DNA from: Bacteroidota bacterium
GTDB taxonomy: Bacteria > Bacteroidota > Bacteroidia > Bacteroidales > CAIXZF01
Direction: 5' to 3'
DNA length: 64,000 nt
Assembly (NCBI GenBank): GCA_022709385.1
Contig: JAKLIX010000008.1
Span: 90,654-154,653, forward strand
Shown: one piece after another, positions 1-8,086 of the stretch
How the letters are laid out: every line of letters starts with the position of its first letter
Numbering within the stretch: the stretch's first letter is position 1
Notes under the pieces: generated by a model
Database searches by the model: none
Seen by the model: the letters and a program-made list of their open reading frames with translations, nothing else
Told to the model about the DNA's origin: nothing
Position numbers and translations under genes: made by a program

Positions 1-1476
1 CGGAAGTATAGTGATGGTAAGCTGATTTTTTTTTACCTGGGAGACGTCATATCTGAGGTAAAAACAAATGAGGTCTCCAATCAAGAGAATGCGACAATTA
101 TTATCAGGAACACAGAACTGAACGTTCCCTTCAACTCGAAGACAGACAGATTTGAGACTCTATCGAAGATTCTCGTTCATGATAGCAACAGGAATAAATT
201 GATACTGGATGATGTGATTGCGGAAGTAAATTCGGGGAGGAAATCAGTTATTATCACAGAAAGGAAGGAGCACATGGATGCTTTGTACCAGTTTCTCAAA
301 CAAAAGTTTGAAGTTATTACCCTTTCCGGAGATGATAACGAAGCGGCCACTAAGGCAAAATGGCAAAGTCTCAGGAATGGCGACTACCAGGTACTGATCA
401 CTACGGGTCAGTATTTTGGGGAAGGCACTGATCTGAAAAACGCCCAAAGCCTTTTCCTGGCCTATCCGTTTTCTTTTGAAGGAAAACTCATACAATACAT
501 CGGCCGTATTCAGCGCGGAGAAATATCCCCGGTGGTTTACGATTACAGGGATATCCAGATCGAATATCTGAACCGATTGTTCCTGAAAAGAAATGCCTAT
601 TACCGGAAACTTGAACACCAGGCCACTCTTTTTGATGACGTTGGAACGGCGGTTACGACCAATCGGACAACAATCAAATTTGATGAGTGGATTAAAGTCC
701 CGATCGAGGAACTTGAATTCCGATATGGCTCGGTTTCGTTCAGGTACACCCTTGAAAAAATGAACACTGCCCTGGAGTTTGAAATTGAGAACGATCATAT
801 AAGGCCCGAGCTTGACGTCCTGAAGCCTTATTTTATCAAGGTTTTGAAGGCAAAACTCATCAACATTCACATCCAGGCTGAATATCATGGGGGCCGGTTG
901 ATTTCTCAGATTGCCTGGTCAAATGATCTGGAAAGGATAAATAAAGAGGTCGTGGACACGGTGAGGTTTCGGTTTGTTGAAAAACGATTCTTCGGAAATC
1001 CTCAATCCAAAGATCAGGGTTTGATGGGATTACCAGATATTCAGAGTGAAAATGAAAAGCTATTCGATTCAGAAGAAGAGTTTCTGGAAGCAATTCTCAA
1101 CAACAAAAGGGTTAAACATTACAGGCAGTTACGTTATCTGGCTGATCAGCATGAATCCTCAATCTTGAAAATCCGCTTTGTTCTTGATCCATTTTCATTT
1201 GTGTTCCTTATGGAAGGCGAGGAACAATACCACATTATAATGGAGACCCTGGACACAGAAGAGGCCACCTACATTTGGCATGTTGACAAATCTGTATCCG
1301 ACCTTAAGCGACGATTAAAAGAGATTGATGCGGACCTGCTTGCCATCCGTACCGAAGGAAGAAAGTCGTTTCTTGAAAAGCTACCGGCTAACTTCACCAG
1401 GGTACTGCATGATTACACGGACGAAATGAAGGGGTTCATTATTTGGAAATCGGCGCTGGAGGAAAAGATTGTCTGA
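1..1476 (+). CDS. SF2 helicase, C-terminal portion (5' end lies off-window) with an uncharacterised ~280-aa C-terminal extension
   Basis: Frame 1 is open from nt 1, with no stop before the listed ATG at 199, so the gene begins upstream of the window. Helicase C-terminal motifs are present: 'VLITTGQYFGEGTDL' and 'QYIGRIQRG' (motif VI arginines). I do not recognise the sequence after about 'YYRKLEHQ'. Confidence 0.75.
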   Translation, partial: RKYSDGKLIFFYLGDVISEVKTNEVSNQENATIIIRNTELNVPFNSKTDRFETLSKILVHDSNRNKLILDDVIAEVNSGRKSVIITERKEHMDALYQFLKQKFEVITLSGDDNEAATKAKWQSLRNGDYQVLITTGQYFGEGTDLKNAQSLFLAYPFSFEGKLIQYIGRIQRGEISPVVYDYRDIQIEYLNRLFLKRNAYYRKLEHQATLFDDVGTAVTTNRTTIKFDEWIKVPIEELEFRYGSVSFRYTLEKMNTALEFEIENDHIRPELDVLKPYFIKVLKAKLINIHIQAEYHGGRLISQIAWSNDLERINKEVVDTVRFRFVEKRFFGNPQSKDQGLMGLPDIQSENEKLFDSEEEFLEAILNNKRVKHYRQLRYLADQHESSILKIRFVLDPFSFVFLMEGEEQYHIIMETLDTEEATYIWHVDKSVSDLKRRLKEIDADLLAIRTEGRKSFLEKLPANFTRVLHDYTDEMKGFIIWKSALEEKIV

Positions 1477-2132
1477 ACCTGAATTGAAGAGTTTTTCTTT
1501 AAGAAGAGTACGCTATATACTGACTTCGAGGGCAAGGAAATTTTATCACTTTAGCGGTTAACATAAAAACATGAGACCATAGGATCTTCAAAATTCCCGT
1601 GAAAAGGGTTCAAAAATTGGCATCGTTAACTCCCAAAACGCCGATTTTCCCTCCGAAAAACCCGATTTTTGACCCTCCAGGAAATCGATTATTTGTCAAA
1701 TAGCTGATTTTGTGCCTTTTAAACTTCTGGCCCTTTGTTGTCAGAAAATTTGTCTCAGACAAAACGCCGACCCGCTCTGCGGAATCAATGCAATTGCCTT
1801 GCTCCAAAAAACGGATATATGACGGGGCGAAATTCTAACCAATATGCCATAATACACATAATCAACCATATAGATCAAGCCTGATGATCCTCTTAGAACC
1901 AGAAAAACATCAAACCAGCCAGATTCTAACCATTTAGCGGTGTCACCGAATCGGGGCGGATTTTGCTTTTCAAAGGATCGTATTCTTCAACCTTCTCTCC
2001 CGCTCACTCCAACCAGTTTACCGTTTCATCCGATATGGAACCAGAACCAGCAACTTTGGCTTCACTTTCAACCTCTGCCAGGTAGCCCCGAATATGAGCA
2101 TCTTTTCAAGAACCTTGTTCACTCAAAATCAA

Positions 2133-2151
2133 TGTTCATTGACAATGAACA
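2133..2151. promoter_or_regulatory. 19-bp perfect palindrome TGTTCATTG-A-CAATGAACA, candidate operator
   Basis: Read directly from the sequence. Extra TGTTCA/TGAACA half-sites lie at 2116-2121 and 2163-2168. It sits about 85 nt upstream of a TAnnTTTG box and about 120 nt upstream of the ATG at 2270. Confidence 0.35.
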
Positions 2152-2236
2152 GAGGGTAAAAATGAACAAAATAATGAGAATTTGTTATATTTTGTGATTT
2201 TTTCTCATTTTTTGATTGTTTTTAATAATTTTTTAT

Positions 2237-2244
2237 TATATTTG
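2237..2244 (+). promoter_or_regulatory. Bacteroidota-type -7 promoter box (TATATTTG, consensus TAnnTTTG)
   Basis: Matches the Bacteroides sigma-A -7 consensus. It lies 26 nt upstream of the ATG at 2270 in a very AT-rich leader. Confidence 0.4.
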
Positions 2245-2269
2245 CGAATATTTCACAATATTATAAGCC

Positions 2270-3562
2270 ATGTTATCAGAGTTCACAGTAGGTAACTTCT
2301 TGTCCTTCAAGGAGAAGAAAACGCTAAGCCTTGCAGCTACCAGCATCAAAGAACATAAGGATACGAATCTTATCCCAACGGAAAGACTGGACCTTTTAAA
2401 AGGCGCTGTCGTCTACGGTGCGAATGCTAGTGGAAAGTCTAACCTTATCCGGGCAATGTCCACCATGAGGCGACTTGTCCTTAAGTCAGTCGAGCTCTCC
2501 TCAACCTCAGAACTTAAGGTCACTCCCTTCTTACTGAACACAGTCCATGCCGATGAACCTTCCTTCTTCGAGGTGGTATTTTTCCTTGGCCAGGTCAGGT
2601 ACCGTTACGGGTTTGAAGTGACCAATACCCTGGTCCATTCTGAATGGCTGTTTGAATCAAGAAAAAACACTGAAAAACAGCTGTTTATCCGTGAAAAGGA
2701 TGGGATCCAGATTTGGAAGGGTTTTCCGGAAGGACAGGGACTTGAGGAGAAAACACGTGAGAACGCCTTGTTCCTTTCTGTGGTTGACCAGTTTAACGGA
2801 GCCCTGGCAAGAAGAATCATCCAATGGTTCACCAATTTTATTGCCGTCTCTGGACTTAGCCATGAACAATATAAGCTGGTCACGTTTAAAATGCTCGAGG
2901 ACCCGGAGACCAAGCCCCTGCTTCAGGATTTTTTCAACAACCTGGATCTGGGCTTCGATCAAATCGAAGTGACAAAGGAGCTGTTTAATCCGGATCAGCT
3001 GCCGAAGGAAATGCCGGAGGAGCTCATTAAGCAATTGGGCACTGACTTGGTGGGGAAAACCATGCTTAATTTCAGGACATCCCATACACGGTACGACGAA
3101 AATAACAGCCCCACCGGTACAGTTACTTTCGATATGCGTTCCCAGGAATCTGCGGGATCTAATAAAATTTTCAACATTTCAGGCCCTGTCTTCGACACCA
3201 TAAAAAATGGAGGGGTTTTGATGATCGATGAGCTGGATTCAAGCCTTCACCCCTTACTAACACTGGCAATCACCCGTCTTTTTAACTCAAAAGAACACAA
3301 TCCTAAAAATGCGCAATTGATTTTTGCCACCCATGACACGAATCTGCTCCGGCTTGGAAGGTTCCGGCGGGACCAGATTTATTTTGTCGAGAAGAACAAC
3401 TACGGCGCTTCTGATTTATATTCACTGGTTGAATATAAGGAAGAATCCAAAACGGTCAGAAAGGACCGCTCTTTTGAAAAGGACTACATCCAGGGGAGAT
3501 ATGGCGCCATCCCGTTTATCGGCAACATGGATAAGATTACTTCGAGATGGCTGGAAAAGTAA
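2270..3562 (+). CDS. AAA_21/ABC-type ATPase (AbiLi-like)
   Basis: Walker A 'GANASGKSNL', Walker B 'VLMIDELDSSLHP', and H-loop-like 'IFATHDTNLL'. The 3' end overlaps the downstream RloB gene by 16 nt. Confidence 0.85.
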   Translation: MLSEFTVGNFLSFKEKKTLSLAATSIKEHKDTNLIPTERLDLLKGAVVYGANASGKSNLIRAMSTMRRLVLKSVELSSTSELKVTPFLLNTVHADEPSFFEVVFFLGQVRYRYGFEVTNTLVHSEWLFESRKNTEKQLFIREKDGIQIWKGFPEGQGLEEKTRENALFLSVVDQFNGALARRIIQWFTNFIAVSGLSHEQYKLVTFKMLEDPETKPLLQDFFNNLDLGFDQIEVTKELFNPDQLPKEMPEELIKQLGTDLVGKTMLNFRTSHTRYDENNSPTGTVTFDMRSQESAGSNKIFNISGPVFDTIKNGGVLMIDELDSSLHPLLTLAITRLFNSKEHNPKNAQLIFATHDTNLLRLGRFRRDQIYFVEKNNYGASDLYSLVEYKEESKTVRKDRSFEKDYIQGRYGAIPFIGNMDKITSRWLEK

Positions 3563-4248
3563 AAATTGACAACGCTGTATTGAAACGGCATCAAGCCAGG
3601 CAGACAGAAAGGAAACTTGATGTCCGGGCAAAAAGGACCTACTATGTCATTGTTTGTGAAGGTGAAAAGACCGAGCCGAATTACTTTGAAGGCCTGAAAA
3701 AAGCGCTGCCGCCCGGGGTATTACAGACCTGCCAGATCGACATCCACGGCATTGGTGATAATACCCTTTCACTTGTCAGGAAAGCAAAAAAAATAAAAAA
3801 GTCTATAGAAGAGGATTCCGGCAGAGTGGTTGACAAATTATGGGTGGTGTTCGACAGGGACAGCTTTACCCCGGAATCCTTCAATAACGCCATCCTTAGC
3901 TGTCAGCATTCACGACCGAAGATCCATTGTGCCTGGTCAAACGAAGCTTTTGAACTTTGGTATTTGCTTCATTTCCATTTCTTTAACACAGCGATCAGCC
4001 GGGGTGACTATAAAAGCCTTATCGAAAAAGCCTTGCGGCCACATTTAGGCAAAGCCTACCGTTACCGTAAAAACAGCGAGGAAATGTATTCAATCCTGGA
4101 GAAATATGGCAATCAGGAGCAGGCTATTCAATGGGCCGGGAACCTGGTCAATCAACACGCCGGGAATAAGAATTTTGCGACACATAACCCCTGTACCATG
4201 ATTTATCAATTGGTTGAGGAACTCATCGTAATGCAAAAAACCAAGTAA
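3547..4248 (+). CDS. RloB-family (Toprim/OLD-like) protein (AbiLii-like)
   Basis: The hallmark RloB N-terminal motif 'YYVIVCEGEKTEPNYF' is at nt 3655-3687, with 'VVFDRD' further downstream. The gene is translationally coupled to the upstream ATPase. Confidence 0.85.
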   Translation: MAGKVKIDNAVLKRHQARQTERKLDVRAKRTYYVIVCEGEKTEPNYFEGLKKALPPGVLQTCQIDIHGIGDNTLSLVRKAKKIKKSIEEDSGRVVDKLWVVFDRDSFTPESFNNAILSCQHSRPKIHCAWSNEAFELWYLLHFHFFNTAISRGDYKSLIEKALRPHLGKAYRYRKNSEEMYSILEKYGNQEQAIQWAGNLVNQHAGNKNFATHNPCTMIYQLVEELIVMQKTK

Positions 4249-4395
4249 TGATATATCTGCAAGGCTTTACGGCAACATAGCCAACGGAATATGGTTTGTG
4301 TCAAATTTCTTTATACATTAGGCTAAGAAATCGAACCTCATGCTCCGATAAGATATCCTTCACAAAATCTGCACTTTAACTAATAGAATATATTT

Positions 4396-7300
4396 ATGAA
4401 GTCCCTCTCCCAACAACTCACAGTCCGCCCGTCTGTTTTTGACAAAAACCGAAGAGATGTGGTGCTCGACATTACCAACCTTATTGCTGGTCAGGTCGAT
4501 CCCGATGACTTTTTTAAAGAAAACTACATCACCAGGGGAATGCAGGATTTATACAGGGCAGTCTTTAAAAGACTTGAAGGCAACTCTGATGACGGATTGT
4601 TCCGACTCACTCAATCCATGGGAGGAGGCAAGACGCATAACATGATTGCCATAGGACTGCTGGCAAAATTTCCTGAATACCGTGAAAAGGTTATGGGTCA
4701 TATTTACAACACCACGCTGAAAGGCGGGGTCAATGTGATAGGATTCAGTGGAAGGGAAAAACCCGAGCTGGGAATCTGGGGCTACCTGGCAGAACAGCTG
4801 GGTAAAAAGGACATTTTTAAGAAGCGCTATGCTCCCCTGGAAGCTCCCGGACAGGAGGAATGGGAAGCCCTGCTTGCCAATGAGAAGCTGGTAATCATAC
4901 TGGATGAGTTGCCTCCTTACCTGGAAGGGGCCTATGGTAAAACTATCGGGGATTCAAACCTGGCCACAATTACCACCCAAGCCCTGAGTAACCTCTTTGT
5001 GGCCCTGGGGAAAAAGGAACTCAAGCAAGTAGTTGTCATTATCTCCGACCTGACTGCCAATTGGACACAGGGAAGTGAACTTATCGGTCAGATCGTTAAA
5101 AATCTGGAGGATGAAACCCACCGCGGGGCCAAACCCTTTACTCCTGTGGAGCAAACCGGTGATGAGATTTACAATATACTCAGGACCAGGATTTTTGACA
5201 ATCAGCCCAGCACTGAAGAGATTGAACCCATCGCCCTGGCATACGCTGCAATGATCAAGGAAGCCAAACAGATGGACATTACCACTGAAACTCCCGAACG
5301 CTTTGCCCAGGCAGTCAAAGACTCCTACCCTTTTCATCCTGCCATTAAAGACCTTTTCGCCCGCTTCAAGGAAAATCCGGGATTCCAGCAAACCCGTGGC
5401 CTGATCCGCTTAATGAGGACGATCGTATCCAGGATGTTTGATCCGGAAGAGGGCTGGGCAGGCAACAGTTACCTTATTGCTCCGTATGATCTTGATTTCA
5501 ATGATTCAGACACCCTGACTGAAATCGCCGGCATTAATTCTAAACTTACCAATGCCATCTCGCATGATATTTATGGAAACCCTTCTGCCGTAGCACAGAT
5601 ACTCGATGAGAAGTTTGATAACTCCCTGGCTTCTGATGCGGCCAAACTCATCCTTGTGTCTTCTCTGTCCGTGGTACAAAACGCCGTCAGGGGGCTTCAT
5701 GACTGGGAAATAATCCGCAACCTCTGCAAGCCGGGTGTTGAAATTTCGAAAGTAGCAGCAGAAATTCTGCCCGAACTCAAGAATACTTCCTGGTACCTTC
5801 ATATTGACAATACAGGGAAATTCCTTTACAAGGATGTCCAGAACGTCGTTGCCAAACTCAATGATTATATCAAAGGGTACAACCAGGAAAGCATCAAACT
5901 GGAAATCAAAGCCAAGCTACAAAGGATCTTCGAGCCAAAACTGAAGGATTGTTATCAAAAGGTATATGCATTACCAGCTCTCGACGAAATCGAGCCGGAA
6001 CAGTTTAAAACATCGCTCATTATCTATCAACCTTTTGCAGGCTCTGAGCTGCACCCCGACCTTGAAACTTTATTCAAAGATACCCAATGGCAGAACAGGG
6101 TTCTGTTTTTGACCGGCGATGCCCATTCTATGGCTTCTATTTTTGAGAATGCGGCAGGTCTGAAAGCCATTGATGCCATCCTGGGAGAATTTCGTTCAGA
6201 GAAGGTTCAACCCAATGATCCTCAGTTTATTGAAGCGGAAAAACTCAAAGAAACCTTCCTCTTCAAATTCAACAGTGCTGTCCGGGAAACTTTCGTCAAG
6301 ATATTCTACCCGACGAAAAACGGTCTCATGCCGGCAAATTTCCAGATGCAATTCAAGGATAATAATTTCGACGGCGAGGATCAGATCAAAAAGACACTGG
6401 TTGACAAAAGGAAATTCACAGAAGATATAAACTCTGATACCTTCCAGAAATATGTGGAAGGTAAATTATTCCACCCGCAGAAGACCCTGCCATGGAATGA
6501 GATCAAGAAAAAAGCAGCCACCAATACCGACTGGATCTGGCATAAGATGAATGCCCTGGACCAGTTGAAAGATGAATTAATCCTGAAAGATCTCTGGAGG
6601 GCCAACGGTGACTGGATTGAGATCGGTCCCTTTGAACCACCTAAAACCAGTGTGACTTACAGGATCATGAGCAGAAATGATGATACCGGCGAGGTTGCCC
6701 TGAAAATCATCCCCTCTCATGGTGACCGGGTACATTTTGAGATTGGTGACAAAGTTTCCACTGCCTCTCAGCAACTTGACCTGGCCCTACCCTTTAAGAC
6801 TTCCGAACTTAAAGCCACCTTCCTGTGTACCGACAGCAAAAATGTACACGAAACGGGTGACCCGCTGACGTTTAACAATACCATTACCCTTAAACACCGG
6901 TTTTTCCAGGATGATGACCGTCTGATGCTGGAATTGAAAGCAGCTCCGAAAGCTGACATCAGGTTCACGACCAACGGAAGTGACCCTTCCAATTCCGGAA
7001 AGCACTATGAAGGACCGGTGGCCATCCCCACTGGCGTCAGTTTCATTATTGCACTGGCGGAAAAGGATGGTATCAAGTCGGAGAAGAAGGAATACAAAGT
7101 CCCGGCAAGGGACCAGGGACCCTATGAGCCGATTAAAACAAAACCGGCCATCCTGAAAAGAAAGATCACCCGGCAGAGTACTTCAGAAACTTACGAATGG
7201 CTGAAGATGGTTAGCAAACACCGGATCATTCTGTCCGGGGTGACCTTTTCGATAAACGGGAAAAAATGGGCCAGCATTGATGTTTACCCTGAAATGCAGT

Positions 7301-7470
7301 TCGATCATGACAAGTTGAACACAGTACTGAGTTTCCTGAGGAATGAAATCCTCAACGAAGGAGAAATTGAACTATCGGCCCAGCAACTGCATTTTGAAAC
7401 AGGCCAGCTGTTATTGGATTATATCAGGGATACAAGAGACCAGTTAAAACCGAATGAAGTCGAACAATAA
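4396..7470 (+). CDS. DUF499-type P-loop ATPase (1024 aa)
   Basis: P-loop 'SMGGGKTHN' at nt 4621-4635 and Walker B-like 'VIILDELPPY'. The N-terminal layout and large size are typical of DUF499 proteins. It is the first gene of an overlapping gene chain. Confidence 0.8.
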   Translation: MKSLSQQLTVRPSVFDKNRRDVVLDITNLIAGQVDPDDFFKENYITRGMQDLYRAVFKRLEGNSDDGLFRLTQSMGGGKTHNMIAIGLLAKFPEYREKVMGHIYNTTLKGGVNVIGFSGREKPELGIWGYLAEQLGKKDIFKKRYAPLEAPGQEEWEALLANEKLVIILDELPPYLEGAYGKTIGDSNLATITTQALSNLFVALGKKELKQVVVIISDLTANWTQGSELIGQIVKNLEDETHRGAKPFTPVEQTGDEIYNILRTRIFDNQPSTEEIEPIALAYAAMIKEAKQMDITTETPERFAQAVKDSYPFHPAIKDLFARFKENPGFQQTRGLIRLMRTIVSRMFDPEEGWAGNSYLIAPYDLDFNDSDTLTEIAGINSKLTNAISHDIYGNPSAVAQILDEKFDNSLASDAAKLILVSSLSVVQNAVRGLHDWEIIRNLCKPGVEISKVAAEILPELKNTSWYLHIDNTGKFLYKDVQNVVAKLNDYIKGYNQESIKLEIKAKLQRIFEPKLKDCYQKVYALPALDEIEPEQFKTSLIIYQPFAGSELHPDLETLFKDTQWQNRVLFLTGDAHSMASIFENAAGLKAIDAILGEFRSEKVQPNDPQFIEAEKLKETFLFKFNSAVRETFVKIFYPTKNGLMPANFQMQFKDNNFDGEDQIKKTLVDKRKFTEDINSDTFQKYVEGKLFHPQKTLPWNEIKKKAATNTDWIWHKMNALDQLKDELILKDLWRANGDWIEIGPFEPPKTSVTYRIMSRNDDTGEVALKIIPSHGDRVHFEIGDKVSTASQQLDLALPFKTSELKATFLCTDSKNVHETGDPLTFNNTITLKHRFFQDDDRLMLELKAAPKADIRFTTNGSDPSNSGKHYEGPVAIPTGVSFIIALAEKDGIKSEKKEYKVPARDQGPYEPIKTKPAILKRKITRQSTSETYEWLKMVSKHRIILSGVTFSINGKKWASIDVYPEMQFDHDKLNTVLSFLRNEILNEGEIELSAQQLHFETGQLLLDYIRDTRDQLKPNEVEQ

Positions 7471-8086
7471 AAAAGGCCCCGTTCTTGACTTTGGTTTTAA
7501 CCCAAAGGACACGGAACATCATTTCCTGGTTTACATCAAACCCGGAGACAAAGAAGTGTATTTCTTTGAACAATTCTCCTTCACCGAGGATCAGGACTTT
7601 AGTGTACTCGCCTATACCATCAGCGGTCAGGGATCCACCTGCAAGTGCCTTCTGAATCATTCAAGATGGGATTTGATAAAAGCGGATGTAAGGGCCGAGT
7701 TCAACCGCAGGTTGAAAGAAATGGAGATCCCTTCATCCCAGTGGAAATCGAAGTACAACTATCTTCACCGCCTGCTGGGGAAAGAACTCCTGGTGCTGGC
7801 CTGGGCCATAGAGGAGGCAGATCCGGCCACCGTACCCCTGGCCATCCAAAACTGGCTTGGTTTAAAACCGGAAGAGCGCTGGTGGCTGTATACCATTACC
7901 AATGCTGCCACCGGGCATGCCATTAACGGCCGGGGCAAGGGATGGCGCAAGGCTTTACGCTTTGCCCTGACTGAAAACCCCGTCACACACGAGAAAATTG
8001 ACATGAACATCTACAAAGAATCCAATATTCTCAGCCTTTTTAAGGAAGACCCGGATTCTGAAACCCTCGGAAGCAAACATGAATAA
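7454..8086 (+). CDS. small protein in the DUF3780 position of DUF499/DUF1156 loci (DUF3780-like)
   Basis: The ORF is 210 aa. It overlaps the upstream gene by 17 nt and the downstream gene by 8 nt. The family call rests mainly on size and position, so the coding call is firmer than the family call. Confidence 0.6.
   Translation: MKSNNKKGPVLDFGFNPKDTEHHFLVYIKPGDKEVYFFEQFSFTEDQDFSVLAYTISGQGSTCKCLLNHSRWDLIKADVRAEFNRRLKEMEIPSSQWKSKYNYLHRLLGKELLVLAWAIEEADPATVPLAIQNWLGLKPEERWWLYTITNAATGHAINGRGKGWRKALRFALTENPVTHEKIDMNIYKESNILSLFKEDPDSETLGSKHE

Noticed and set aside
1940-2197. 85-aa ORF (and the 65-aa minus-strand ORF at 1610-1807) in the island spacer
   Set aside because: The starts are non-ATG or weak, the composition is Pro/Leu/Gln-rich and low-complexity, and no motifs are present. 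The 3' end of the 85-aa ORF runs through the palindrome and promoter region. I report the whole stretch as a spacer instead.
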